From assembly GCF_009914755.1 (NCBI RefSeq), contig NC_060940.1: DNA of 64,000 nt; one strand, given 5' to 3'. Of this stretch, positions 15,091 to 28,814 are shown piece by piece (the first letter of the stretch is position 1; each line of letters starts with the position of its first letter). Position numbers and translations under genes: made by a program. The stretch comes from the human T2T-CHM13v2.0 reference genome, Homo sapiens. The notes beneath the pieces were generated by a model. The model saw only the letters and a list, made by a program, of their open reading frames with translations, was not told the origin of the DNA and ran no database searches.

Positions 15091-15573
15091 ACTAGGAACA
15101 GCATGACTGCCATTGTTTATCTCCAGTCCCAGTGAGTGGTGAAACTCGGGCAAATGACTTAATCTTTCTTTGTCTCGTTTGTCTGTTACATAGCATGGGG
15201 ACAATTAAAGAATGAACCTTATGGCTTATTCTGAGAAGTGGAAAGGCATACTGTAGCTTACAGAAGGCAATAAGCATATTATTTGGTGTGTAAGTAGTCC
15301 ATAATACACACTAGTCGTTGTAGTGGTTACTTTTATTAGTGTGCTTGGTGACTCATTCTAAGCTACAATAGGAAATAGCAGAAGTATCAACTAGAACCAA
15401 TTCCTGGCGTCTGAACCCACATGGAAGCATCATTCCTAAGAGTGTTTCAGAAGCATCTTCCTCTGTGAAAATTGATTAAGGGTCTCTGGAAAAGTGAACC
15501 GTTGTAAAATTTCTCTACTTCTTTATTTGAAAAACTAGGTATCTGTTGCTGTGAGGTTTGGGGGATGAATTAG

Positions 15574-15880
<307 letters not shown>

Positions 15881-15949
15881 TATCCCACAATTTTTACCTT
15901 GCATTGGGGGTTAATGAGTAAAAACAACCAAATGGGGGGAAAAACAGCT

Positions 15950-16180
15950 AACTTTTAATTAGCACCTGAGTCTGTGCCAGCCAGGCCACTCTGCAAGTCA
16001 TTCCGCCTGCCTTATCTTATTTAATTTCATCCTCACAATAACCCTATGAAGTACATCCTATCATTTTTTCTGTTTTACAGATGAGCATACTGAGGCTTAA
16101 CATGGTTAGTTAAATGAGTCACAAATGTAATAGGAGGGAAGTTGAGACTCACACCCGAGGCTATCAGACCCCCAAACCAG
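15950..16180 (-). mobile_element. MIR
   Basis: cctcacaataaccctatgaagt...ttttacagatgagcatactgaggctt. Confidence 0.75.
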
Positions 16181-17250
16181 CTGGGGTGCTTAGAAAGTGA
16201 AGTCAGGAGTCACCTCCAGTCTCTTAGAGGCAAAGGCTCAGTCTTTTAAACCTAGAGAGAAAAATCTCATCTCTCCTCCTCTAAATTATCTCATCTTCCA
16301 AGGCTTCCCCTGCTACAGCTAAACCAGCCTCGTTGACTGCCTGTTTTAAGATTTTTTGAGTGTTCTGTGATCACAAAACCCATTCCCAGAACCATATATT
16401 ATTTCCTACAGTTTTGACACCATTTATTTCCATAGCATTATACATTCCAACCTTCTGACTGTTTAAGATCAAAAGATGTGCTCCCGGGCTCATACTTCAC
16501 TCCAGCTCTCAGACTCTGTGCACCAAATTAGACAGAACAGCAGAAGTTCCAGCCTGTCATAGTCTGTAATGTTGCATAATTCCAAGGATTCACCATGTTT
16601 TATCAATGGCAAAAGGAGAGACAGACTCAGCCACAGTGGTGGGGCTTTCATGGAGGATATGGGGGAAGGCCTGGAGATGCAATGGTTGAAGGGGAGTGCT
16701 GGGATGTTCAGAATCAGTCTAGAACGTGGTGAGTTAAATTGGTTGATTGTGGAAATCCCAGGCCAAGGGCAAAGATTTATAAAGGGTCAGAGAAGAAGGA
16801 GGAGATCCATGTAGGGCACTGTGCTCCCTCCTAACAGAATAAAAGAATTACTGATTATATCCAGGAGGAGGGAAAAGAGATTGTGTCTGCTCTCCAGGCT
16901 AGGCTTAGCGGTTCTAGAATGAAGCAAACTACATACTGATTAGCAGATGGACTTCTTTGGAGGGGTCACGCATTTATTCAGAAAGTCAGAGAGTTTTAAA
17001 GAGCATCTCATATGTGATAGCCAGTCTTTTAGACCCTGGTAACTTAAAATGAATGAAACACTTTTTTCTGCTCTCAAGGAGCCTGTGATCTATGAAAATA
17101 CACTGATGGATGAACAGACGCTTTTAGCTAAGCTGTAATAGAAGTGGGTTCAAGGGGGAGAGTGAATACCTAGAGGGGGCTGTTTAGCTCTCCCAGGAAG
17201 CCTGGCTTCAGATGAGATGGGTCTTCCTTTCCCATTTACCCACATACACT

Positions 17251-17735
17251 TGATGCAGGGCAGGCGAGCCCCACAACTGGGGCTTAGCCGAAGAGGGTTC
17301 TTGGCTTTGCCCAGGAGATAATTCAAGGGTAAGCAGTGGTGTTAAACAGCAGCTTTTATTGAAGCATCAGTTACAGTAGCAGCAGAGGGACTGCTCCTTC
17401 CTGAGCAGGGCTACCCTGAAGGGAGTGTGCCCAGAGTAGCAGCTCAGAGGCAGTTGTGCAGTCATATTTAGACCCACTTTTAATTACATGCAAATTAAGG
17501 AACAGATTATGGAGAAATGTTTAGAAATAGGGTGGTAACTTCCAGGTCCTTGGGTTGTTGCCATGGCAAGGGCAGTAAGTCCTGGGTGTTCCCATGGTGA
17601 TGATAAACTGGTATGGCACTCTGGTGGGCGTGTCTTATGGAAAGCTGCTTCTGCCCCATCTGTGTTTAAGCTAGTCCTCAATTTGGTCCAGTGTCTCGGC
17701 TCCACCTCCAGAGTTGAGTCCCACCTCCTACCTCA
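17251..17735 (-). mobile_element. ERV1 solo LTR (MER66/LTR19-like)
   Basis: TG...CA termini, 4-bp TSD CACT (17247-17250, 17736-17739), minus-strand AATAAA; subfamily from memory. Confidence 0.85.
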
Positions 17736-17999
17736 CACTTGCTCTAGAACCAGTAAGGGGCATTGGAGACTATATACACAGACACCACATTCCATGATAT
17801 ATTTTAGTAATCTGAAAGCAAGCTTGAAAAATAGCAAAGAGATTGCTTTGGATCGACTGTGTGTATGGATAAGGGGTAGGGGATGAGGGAACAATTGGAA
17901 AATCAGCTGGACATGTGGATGAAGGGCACTGAAGGTGACTCTTCATTGTGGGGATGATAATGATAACAGTGATGGTGGTGGTGGTTATAGTGGCAGCAG

Positions 18000-18230
18000 T
18001 GAGAACAGCCAGCAGTTATTAATGCTCACTGTATGCTAGGCACTGAGCAATGTATTGTATATAAATTACCTCTTTTATTCCTTCCAATGAACTTAGGAGA
18101 ATGAGTATTAATGTAGACTTCATTTAACAGATGAGAAAACCAAGGCTCAGAAGAGTTTATGGGACCCACTCAGGGCCATATGGCTAGTAGGCAAAGTTGG
18201 TATTTGATTCTATGCAATTTGCCTTCTGAA
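18000..18230 (-). mobile_element. MIR
   Basis: catttaacagatgagaaaaccaaggctcagaag. Confidence 0.75.
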
Positions 18231-19138
18231 CCAGCGGTCCAGCAAAGATGGGGGAAGCAGGGTTGAAAACCCCCTTGGGTTAAAGTCTACGTTGCTCAAC
18301 GCAATCTTCTCCTGATAAATGTTGCTGATACACTTTGGAGAAACTTCGTGACTATGCCTGATTCCCGGCACTAATGTAGCTTGACTTACGGCTGATATCC
18401 CACTTACCTCACCGGAATGACAATCGGGGTCGAAAAAAAAGAGATTGCAATTCTGGCTTCCTCTGTTGAGCTATGAATAAATGATGATAGCTGTGAAATG
18501 GTGTGGTGTTTAGATCGTTTCTGGTAAACTAAAAAAACTAAAAATTGAATAAAGTGGTAATCCATGCAGCCATTTAAAATAGGAGGGTTGGAACAAAATT
18601 GGTAAACTCTTTTAGTGTCTTCCTGGCCTTGTCATTCTAATGTAATTAGTTTGCAAAAATATTAATTAATACTCAAACATCTGACGCGTTTTACATGTTA
18701 ATTTGAAATGTGTTAAGTTACATTTTCTACTTTTGCCCTGGTACTGTCTTCAGCAGCAGCACAGGCAAGAATTCTGGTCCTGTAGCCCCCTCCTTACAGC
18801 TCAGCAGCCAAGTAGATATTGAGTAGATACTGGGAGATCCTTGCAAAGCTCAGAGCTGCTTGCACCTTTGCAGAGAAGGGGAGAGAATGCTGTATGGAAA
18901 CGCCATGTGAGTGGTTTTAGCTAATGGGGACTGACTGCAAATGCAGTATCTCAAGAAGGCTTCCTGAGTTCCAATGAGCAAATGCTGTGCTGGGCCAGCA
19001 GGGGTTTCAGATGGTAAGCAGAAGCTGGAGGGAGAAACTCCTCAGATCGTATTTGGACTAGGTTCTTTCCAGATCTTGCAAATGGGTTGTGTGCTCATGT
19101 CCTAGAGAAAAGTGCTGAATTCTAGGCATGTCTCATGA

Positions 19139-19362
<224 letters not shown>

Positions 19363-19383
19363 CTATTTTCTTATTTAGTTCAT

Positions 19384-19765
19384 ACATTAGTCAGGAGAGG
19401 CTAAGCTATGCAAGTAACAAGTTAACCATGAAATCTCAATGGCCTACCCAAAGAGGCTTATTTCTCTCCCATGCTATGTCTGATGAGAGCTGGGGGTGGC
19501 TCTATCCATCTGTTGACCTCGCAGTACAGGATGCTTCTCTCTTGTGGCTTCTCTGGGTCAGTGCATACCTCCACTATCACTCTGGCAGGGGAAGAAAGGA
19601 AACGGGGAATCTCTCTTGACCTTTTCATTGCCTTAGCGCAGAGATGGCACACATTCCTTCTACTCACAGTCCGCCAGCTAGAACGTATCTCAGGGAACCT
19701 GTAACAAGAGGCCTGAGAAGGTGAGGAGCACATGGATATTCTCTGGGAATTAAATGCCTGCCATG
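19384..19765 (-). mobile_element. Old MaLR LTR (MLT1I/J/K-like)
   Basis: attagtcaggagaggctaagctatgc...aaatctcaatggc. Confidence 0.6.
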
Positions 19766-20421
19766 GTGTGCCAGTGAGGCCCGTGACAGTGATCACAGCA
19801 AGCACCTCTATTCTCATCTCAGTTCTGTGCTTCACTGACTCCTACACTGGGGTTGCTTGCCTGGCACTCTTTTATGCACTTTGTTCCATTCATGTCACTG
19901 CAGTGTCAGTCTTTCCGTTCCAAACAAGAGGAAATGGAGGCTCAGAGGGCTCAAACTATTTGTCAATGGTCACACAGTTAGTAAGGGGTACAGTCAGCAT
20001 TCACCCCAAAATCTGACTCCAGTACCTCCACTGGTTTTTTGCCTCCCAAGGTTCTTGACAGATTTCCTTTGGTAGCATTGTAGTAGAAAGAGCTACAGGC
20101 AACACTTAGAGAACACCCATGAAGACCCAGAGGACAAGGATCTTTTAAGTCTCCAAGGGATGATACGAGTGATGTCCAAGTTTGTGCAGAATTTATTACT
20201 TTCAGCCAGCAGATCCATATTCTGCATCGTATTTCAATCTTACAATAATCCTATGGAAGATTTGGGAAGAATAATATTAGCTTTGCTTTGTAGATGCATT
20301 ATTAGAGGGTCTAGGAGGCTAAAGACCTGCTAGAGGTCACCTTGGTAGTCACTGATGGGTGTCTGGACTTTGGAATGAGTCTCTGTGTGTGTATGGGATT
20401 GTGGATCCTGCAGATCCTAGA

Positions 20422-20920
20422 CTGAGGTCCCTTAACCTCTTCTGTTTCATGACCCCCTTGGACATCTGGGGAGAACAACAGGCCTCCTTGCAGAATAAAG
20501 ATTTCAAATACACAATACAAAATACTTAGAATCACAAAGGAAACTATTTATATTGAAATACATTTATTAAATAAATTAAAACATGATTCAGTCAAATCTT
20601 TGCTTTCTTTGTTAACACATTGAACAAGCAAATCTAGTAATTACCATAATTTGGAAGTAGCGATAAGCATTATGATATTTTGAGATATCTGTGACAATTA
20701 TAATGTAATGTGACTAAAATATCTGTGATTTCTCTTGGTGACAAAGTCACAGGTACTTGTAATACTACTGCAATGTTGTGTCTTATATTTAAAGGGAGTG
20801 CTAGATTTGTTAGAGGCTAGTGAAAATCAAGTTTTATTTTTTCCTATCGAAGTTCACGGACTCACTGTGTTCTATCTAGGAACCCCTGTAGAATCTTGGA
20901 TCCCCAGTGAAGAATCCTCT
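20422..20920. mobile_element. hAT-Charlie DNA transposon (Charlie4a-like)
   Basis: gatattttgagatatctg...tggtgacaaagtcacaggtact...aagttcacggac. Confidence 0.75.
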
Positions 20921-21130
20921 CCATCTTGGCCCTGAACTGTCTTCTGATTCTAGTTGGGTGAAAGTCTAGAACTGGATGAGTCCAAGCTCAAATTATGTTT
21001 GATTTTGTTGCATGTATTCACTTGGTCTCTACCACCTTGTGGTAGTGATGGCATCTCTGCCCAGTGCCTGGTTTTAACCCGTGGCTTCTTCTTTTCCAAT
21101 ACAGCACATGTGGCATTTAAGAGTATTAGG

Positions 21131-21440
21131 GGTCTGGGTGTGGTGGCTCACACCTGTAATCCCAGCACTTTGGGAGGCTGAGGCAGGTGGATCACTTGAG
21201 GTGAAGAGTTCGAGACCAACCTGGCCAACATGATGAAACACTGTCTGTACCAAAAATACAAAAATTAGCTGGGTGTGGTGGCACATGCTTATAATCCCAG
21301 CTACTTGGGAGGCTGAGGTGGGAGGAGCATTTGAACCTGGGAGGCGGAGGTTGCTGTGAGTCAAAATTGTACCGCTGCACTCCAGCCTGGGTGACAGAGC
21401 AAGACTCCATCTCAAAAAAAAAGTTTTTTTAAAAAAAGAT
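21131..21440 (+). mobile_element. AluS
   Basis: full dimer. Confidence 0.95.
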
Positions 21441-22039
21441 CAGGGATTAATAAAGGCTAAAATTTTCCCCCCAATGCTAGGTGGTATAGTAAGACTTCAT
21501 ACGCACTATTTCACTTAATTCTGCTAGATTCTAGTGTTAAATGTATTTTGCAGAAAGTAATAATGATGGTTAACATTTATAAATACTTACTATGCACCAG
21601 GCACTCTTCTAAGCACATTTAAGGTACTAAAATAATAATAATTACTTCAGTAGCAGTGGTAGCAGCAGCAGTAATAGTAGCAGCTACGACTTGTTAAGCA
21701 CTCCCTTGGTGCCAGGTTTATTATCTTCTGAGTATTTTACATACTTAATCTCAATTATTCCCCACCACATTCCTATCAGGTCAGTATTAGTTATTTACAT
21801 TTTACAGAATAGGAACTAGGTTCAGAGAGATTAAGTAACAAAGTCACATGACTACACAGCCAACCTTTGAATTCAGGCATTCTCTTTCCACACACTGTGA
21901 AGGTGAAATCACTAACCTCTACTGCCTTGTTTTCCACTTTGTTTACCGTTCCTCGTAGCTATGTCAGAGGTGGAAGTGAATTTTTCACTCCCATTTTACA
22001 GATTGGGCAACTGAGGTGCAGTCACCTTAAGAAACTTGT

Positions 22040-22280
22040 CTTAGAGTTGGCTTCATTCAACTCAAAGATGGAACAACAAAGCCTGCGGATGAGCAATTTA
22101 CAGGAAAGATTTATGGGCAACACCTGGAAAAGTCATACATTACTTTTGCCCCCCTCCCATTGGCCAGAACTCAGTCACTTGGTCTCATAAACTGCAAGGG
22201 TGCCTGGGAAATGTAGTCCAGCTGTGAACCCAAGGGGAAGAAACAAATTTTGATGAACTCAGAGCTGCCTCTACCACAGG
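22040..22280 (-). mobile_element. MLT1J-like LTR fragment
   Basis: cccattggccagaactcagtcac...ctgggaaatgtagtccagctgtg. Confidence 0.7.
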
Positions 22281-23699
22281 CACTGAGCAGAGACCTGGAG
22301 GGCTCATGATTTGTGGTGAAACTCCATCCACAGCAAGAGTGAAACTAGGGGTTCAACATTTGAGGGGACACTCTCACAGTAGCCAAGCTCACGCCCTGCT
22401 CCAGAGCTCCCCATGGTGCCTGGACTGAAATGTTAGTTTGTGCAGCAGAGGCCCCATGTGCCAGTGTTGTCCCTGGGCGGGTTAAAGACGGAATTTGACA
22501 CAATACATTACTGCAAATTAGAGAATGTGAAAAATCTCATGCTGTGGAGATTTGGACTCTGGGTATATTTTTATAAGCCATGGAGAGTCTGCAAATGAAA
22601 CACTGTCAAAGAGAAAACATGAAAATGTGTAATAGTCTGTTACTGTACATTTAAATGAATATTTAAAATGCAGTCTATTCTTTTTTAAAGGAACGTTGTT
22701 GTTGGCATTTTGTTTTCTTTAGTTTGGTGTGTATTTTTAATTTAAATGATCCAGACCCTGCTCTTAGGATCTCCTGCTCAAAGCCTGTACAAGCAGCCAG
22801 TTTATTGGCACAGGATGAGAAAATTGGGTACTTGAATCATGTATCATACAGTACTGTGTGTTATATTCCCTCCATTCTTAGATATCAGGGGTTATACATC
22901 TCAGCTTCACTTTAATAATAATTTTTTTTTGCAGGAGGAGAGGATGTGGAACAAAAGCAACACATTAAATGTACATGTTGATTTTAAAACACATTTATAT
23001 TTCAGACATATTTTAAAAATATATGTGTGTTAAAATCAGAAAAATCTCTCTTACCCCGAAAGAGAAAACAAACCAATAAACAATAACAACAAAAATACAA
23101 TCCTATTCCTCATAATACTTTTTCTGACATTCTCTAAGTATGAAACAAAGCTACTTGGTAACTGCCTCATAACTATTCATCTCTTAGCATTGCATCTTAC
23201 CATATTGGTAAGTAAACTGTCTCGGAGGAACCTGCAATCCCAGATACGGGTGGCAAACCCACAGTCCCAACGTTGGACTGCTCTAATTGTTTTGAGTGAG
23301 GAATTTGAACACACATGTCTCTCTGCTTTTGGATTTTGAAGGCTGTTGGCCCAAGGCTGAGAGCATGCTTGAGGCTCTGTCTAATAAGCCTGGTGTCTTC
23401 AGCTAACGACTCTTTCTTTCTTGTTCTGAGTAGAACACAAGCCTTATAGGCAGCTAAGCAGTGATTTTTTTTAAAAAAATCACTCTGATTAGCAACATTC
23501 CTGTGAGTAGATTTGTGTCTTTTTCATATTTCACATTCTGAATGTTTTATGAAAATGGTTTCTTTTCCCAGTGACCTAATGCTGTGGTTTAAATAATAGG
23601 ATGAGAAGGTAGGAACCCTGATATTTCTCCCTTTAGGGACAACACATTATCTTGTTGATTGGAAGAAATGAGGATAGATGGGTAAAAGCCATTGAGGTA

Positions 23700-23912
23700 A
23701 GCACCTGAATGCTGAGATCCCATTGACTTGGATGTGATTTCTGGTTCTCTTGTGACTTAGTGTACCACTTCTCAACATTTCAACTTCTCATCTGAAAGAT
23801 GGGGATAATCACTGTAGCTGCCTAATATTATCAAGGTGAGGATTAAATGAGAGAGGCTATTAATTACAGCATGGGTCACAGTGCCTGGCAAATAGCAAGT
23901 TGTCAGTAAATG
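23700..23912 (+). mobile_element. MIR
   Basis: ttctcatctgaaagatggggataat...gtgaggattaaatgaga...cagtgcctggca. Confidence 0.75.
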
Positions 23913-24129
23913 ATACCTCAATTTTACATTTAAGCAGCATCTCAGATGATAACTCCCCCATAGAGAACCTTCCCTTCATGCCTCCCCAGCAGAGTGTTGT
24001 CCAGTGATACAGTTGAGAGCTTTTATTGTAACTCTGGAGTGGATAAGGTGGGTGATTAAAAAATGATAGTGTGCTTTTGAGTCTGGCTTCCCAGACTAAT
24101 TTCAGCTCTGTAGGGCTTTGCCTGGTGCC

Positions 24130-24400
24130 TATGGTAGAGACAGCTCTGAGTCCACCAAAATCCATCTGTTCCACCGCCCCGCCCCCCGCTCCCCACCACC
24201 CCCCTACCCCCGCCCCCGGCTAGGGTACACAGCTGGACTACATTTCCCAGCCTCCCTTGTAGTTGATAAGACCATGTGACTGAGTTCTGCCCAATGGAAG
24301 GTGGGTAGAAGTAATGTATGACTTTTTCCAACGTAGCCATAAGCCTTTCCCGTGGATTGCTCATCCCCATGTTCTCTCATTCCATGTTGGAGTCGAATAA
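24130..24400 (+). mobile_element. MLT1J-like LTR fragment with C-rich insert
   Basis: cacagctggactacatttcccagcctcccttg...ccatgtgactgagttctg. Confidence 0.75.
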
Positions 24401-25591
24401 ATCAGATTCTGAGGCAAGTTTCTTAATGTACTTTTGCCACAGTTGCCTGATCTGTAAATTGGAGTTGTAACAGGTGGAGGAATGAGAAGCAGTTATCCTG
24501 ATGGTGGGTAGATGGTGTAGTTGATGAGTGAGGTCCAGAAGGTGCTCTCAAGAGGCTCCATGAGGGGCTTTGGTGCTCTGGAGGCAAAGTGTGGCACGAG
24601 CTTGGAGTGTCTTTCTCCCATTTTGCCATAGTCTGGTGCACTCAGAATCTCTTTAGACTCTCCTGGAAAGAGCTGGTGGTGCTGTAGGGATACCTAATGT
24701 TGGCCCAGAGGTAGGGGAACCTAGAACCAATGCTTTTGGAGCCTGCATGTAAAATGACACTCTGTTTTGTAATGCATGGTCTCTGAGGCCAGATGGTCTT
24801 CGGGTCTCTTGTAGATGAGCATTCTCCAAATGGAGAAGCTCCCAGACCTCTTAACCTTTCCTTTCTCACTTCCAAGGTAAGGGTGGCAGCTATGGTTTAC
24901 CACGCTGTTGCAGGTTTCCTGTCAGGTTTCTCAGCGCCTCCTCAGTGATCTGCCACCATAAAGAGATTTCATAAATCATTAAGGGAGGTGTCATATGAAT
25001 CAACATAATACTGTGTTCTTACCCAGAATGTCACGTTAGACTCCTGGAGGCTTAAAAAAAAAAAAAAAAAACTCCAAATACGACTGCATTTTTCCCCTTA
25101 AATCATCCAATCTGCCATCTGAGGCCCCCAAAGGAAGCTGCTAGTAAAATAGCAACTTGCAAGGTTAAGAAAAGCATCACAAAACATGTTAGCTAAAATG
25201 TGAACTTTTGCAACCTGTGCTTAGGGAATGGAGTCAGAGGGTTCACAGAGGCCTTTTGCTGTTTTTCAGAATCTCCTTTCCTTCCTCAAAGTGATGGGTA
25301 AGAGTGTTTGGGACAGGGCTAATGGTCTCTGAAGACCCCTGGCTTGATTGGAGTTGTCTATTCTATGTTCTCTTTCAGAATTTCCGCTATGCTAATGTTG
25401 CCCAGGGAAACTTGTATGGACGCCAAAATAAAGAAATACGTTCTGCTTTCTCATCGAGTTTAGAGGCAGGAAGTGATTTTCTTACTTAGGCATTCATTGA
25501 CAAACCTTCACTGGGCATCTGCATCAGACCAGGTGCCCTAAAGTATCTAGGTGCTGCTGCTCTGAACTGTTCCACCTACTAGCTGGGTTAC

Positions 25592-25972
25592 TGATACAGG
25601 TTGGCTCTGTGACCCCACCCAAATCTCGTGTTGAATTGTAATCCTCGATGCTGGAGGAGGGTCCAGGTGGGAGGTGATTGGGTTATGTGGGTGGATTTCT
25701 CTGTTGCCACTCTCATGATAGTGAGTTGTCATGAGATCTGGTTGTTTAAACGTGGGTAACACCTCTCCCTTCACTCCCTCTTTCTCCCGCTCTGCCGTAT
25801 CAAAATGTGCCTCCTCCCCTTTAGCCTTCTGCCATGGTCATAAGCTTCCTGAGGCCTCCCAGCCCTGCTTCCTCTACAGCTTGTGGAACTGCCAGTCAAT
25901 TAAGCCTCTATTCTTCATAAATTCCCCAGTTTCAGGTATTGCCTTGTAGCAGAGCAAAAATTGACTAATACC
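25592..25972 (+). mobile_element. MSTA-type MaLR solo LTR inserted in a MIR
   Basis: 5-bp TSD GTTAC (25587-25591, 25973-25977); MIR text resumes after it to ~26130. Confidence 0.9.
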
Positions 25973-26339
25973 GTTACCTTGGACAAGCAAACTAATGCCT
26001 CTGTATCCCTCTGTCCTTATCTGTAAAACAGAGATGATGGGTGGTTATGAGGATTAAATAAATTAATACATGTGAAGTGCTTAGCCCAGTACCCAGCAAA
26101 GTAAGGCTTTAAAAAATATTAGTTATTACCAATCTCAAGAGGAGTTCTGTAGAAATAGACAGAAATAACTTTGGCGTATGAATTCTTCTGAAATTGTGGA
26201 GACCATTTCTCCATGGATCATTCAGGTTCTCAATGGCTATTTTAATTAAAACAGCAATAACTAACATTTGGTCTTCTTATGTGAAAGAATACCATTGGCC
26301 CTGAGCTGGAGGATGACTCATTATTCAAATCGTCTCTTT

Positions 26340-26632
<293 letters not shown>

Positions 26633-26681
26633 TCATCTCTTCAATCATTCATTGTGTCCTATGACCAGTCATTCCCTTAGA

Positions 26682-26875
26682 CCAGTTTCTCAGCCTCAGC
26701 ACTATTGACATTCTGGGCCAGCCAATTGTTGTGGGGAGCTGTCCTGTGCATTGCAGAATGTTTACCATCATTCCCGGCCTCTACTCCCTAGATGTCGGTA
26801 GCATTTTCTCCCCAGGTTGTGACAACCAAAAATGTTTCCAGACATTGGCAAATGTCCCGTGGAGAAGGAGGTGAG
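26682..26875. mobile_element. MER20 DNA transposon
   Basis: gcactattgacattctgggccag...gtgacaaccaaaaatgtttccagacattg. Confidence 0.85.
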
Positions 26876-27130
26876 GAGTAACTTGCTTTAGAGTCATAAA
26901 TAATTGGAGTCCTAAGAAGACTTCAGAGATTAGTCCATTCAGGGATTCACTGTTTTCAGGAATCCCCCATGCATGGCAGCACAGTCAGCATTCGTGGTAC
27001 CTGGCCCTGGACACCACAGCAGCCCCAGTGAATGTAACAACTAGAAATGATGCAACTTTTCTCCAGATGCCCCAAAGACCATAGTACTGCCTTCAATGGA
27101 TTTCCTTCTACCTTGTATTTCTCTCTCCTG

Positions 27131-27437
27131 TGTTATTTGTTTGTTTGTTTTGTGAGATGTAGTCTCACTCTGTTGCCCAGGCTGGAGTGCAGTGGTGCAA
27201 TCTCAGCTAAGTGCAACCTGCACCTGCAGGGTTCAAGCAATTCTCCTGCCTTAGCCTCCTGAGTAGCTGGGATTACAGGCACTCCCCAATGCGCCTGGAT
27301 AATTTTTTTTTCTTTTAAGTAGAGATGAGGTTTCACCAAGTTGGCCAGGCTGGCCTTGAACTCCTGAACTCAAGTGATCCACCCGCCTCAGCCTCTGAAA
27401 GTGCTGGAATTACAGATGTGAGCCACCATACCTGGCC
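27131..27437 (-). mobile_element. AluS
   Basis: full dimer, (TTTG)n tail. Confidence 0.95.
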
Positions 27438-27715
27438 TCCTTTCTCCTGTTTTTTACAGAAGTGAAAATGTAGGGCCAGAGACAGGGATTGGTTCACCCG
27501 AGGAGTCAGACCACGCAACCGAATGGTTGTGCCAGAATTCTGAGCAGTCTTAGTTCTTTGTGCTCTTTTTAGGAGAGAGATTTTTTGCATACCTGCTGAG
27601 TTACAGCAAAATTTGAGGGATACCAGATAAAATGATGGCATGAAGATTTCCACTATTCTGAACAACAGGGCAAGGACCACACACACACATCAAAACTTCT
27701 ACAAGACGAGCAAGG

Positions 27716-27817
27716 TCCTGCCAGACTGTGTTCCTGCAATACTGTCTTCCTATAAGACTGCATTCCTGCAAGACAGCCTTCCTGCAAGACTGCCCTCCTG
27801 CAAGATTGTGTTCCTGC
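27716..27817 (+). repeat. 16-bp degenerate tandem repeat, ~6.4 copies (consensus TCCTGCAAGACTGYCT)
   Basis: units start at 27716, 27732, 27748, 27764, 27780, 27796, 27812 with no indels. Confidence 0.9.
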
Positions 27818-27819
27818 TG

Positions 27820-28600
27820 GCCTCACCACCTTCCTCTCAGACCACTTTCCACTTGCTCATTCCCCAGCTTTGTGACTTTCTCAGCCACTGTGGTGTGCCA
27901 GGTTCCTCCTGCCCCAGCGCCTTTGCAGAGTTTGTTTCCTCTGCCGGGAATGGTCCCTAATTGGCTTTCCACTTGGCCAGGTCCTCTTCTTCCTGTGGGC
28001 CACCTTTTCTCCAGTTGCCTCCCCTCATTATCCATCCCAAAGTGAGCATCTTCCTTTATTCTACAAAGCTTTTTTTCTTAATGACTTATCACAATTTATG
28101 ATCATTTTACTCATTATTATTATTGTTGCTTAAAAGTGTTTTATTCTATGATAGTTCCCTGAGAGTCTAAGTCACAGTGTCCTGCTGTGTTCCAGCCTCC
28201 AATACTGAAACCATAGTTGCCAAACACTTAAAAAAAATAGTTGTTGAGGCCGGGCGCAGTGGCTCACGCCTGTAATCCCAGCACTTTGGGAGACTGAGTT
28301 GGGCAGATAATCTGAGGTCAGGAGTTCAAGACCAGCCTGACCAACATGGGGAAACCTCGTCTCTACTAAAAATACAAAATCAGCAGGGTGTGGTGGCACA
28401 TGCCTGTAATCCCAGCTACTCAACAAGGCTGAGGCAGGAGAATTGCTTGAATCCGGGAGGTGGAGGTTGCGGTGAGGTTGCGATCGTGCCACTGCACTCC
28501 AATCTGGGCGACAAGAGCGAAACTCAGTCTAAAAAAAAAAAAAAAAAAAAAAAAAAGTTGTTGAATTAAAAGAAACCTGAATGAAGGAATAAACAATAGC
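27820..28600 (+). mobile_element. L2 3' end relic split by Alu
   Basis: cctttgcagagtttgtttcctctgccgggaatg...gttgttgaat...gaatgaaggaat. Confidence 0.55.
28248..28556 (+). mobile_element. AluS
   Basis: full dimer, long A tail, TSD ending agttgttga. Confidence 0.95.
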
Positions 28601-28814
28601 ATGTACACAGCCCTATCTAGAAGCTGAGGATGGTGACTAGTTCAGCTTCATAAACCTTCCTAGATACTGGGAAGATCTCTTCATCCTCTGCTGTGGGCTG
28701 TGAGGTTCCCTTTGTTGGGAGTATTAAGCAAGATTGGTCAAGATTTGGCCAAATAATATATTGATCACCACACGCTCTTCAATAAAAATGTCACTACGTA
28801 GTCATTTACTTAAA

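Noticed and set aside
23188-23207. Possible 20-nt exon (ctcttag ... TG|GTAAGT)
   Set aside because: Weak pyrimidine tract, not a multiple of 3, no supporting motifs; it shows that such splice-like patterns arise by chance
27716-27817. Regularly spaced repeat as a CRISPR-like array
   Set aside because: Head-to-tail 16-mers with no spacers, no cas genes, eukaryotic context
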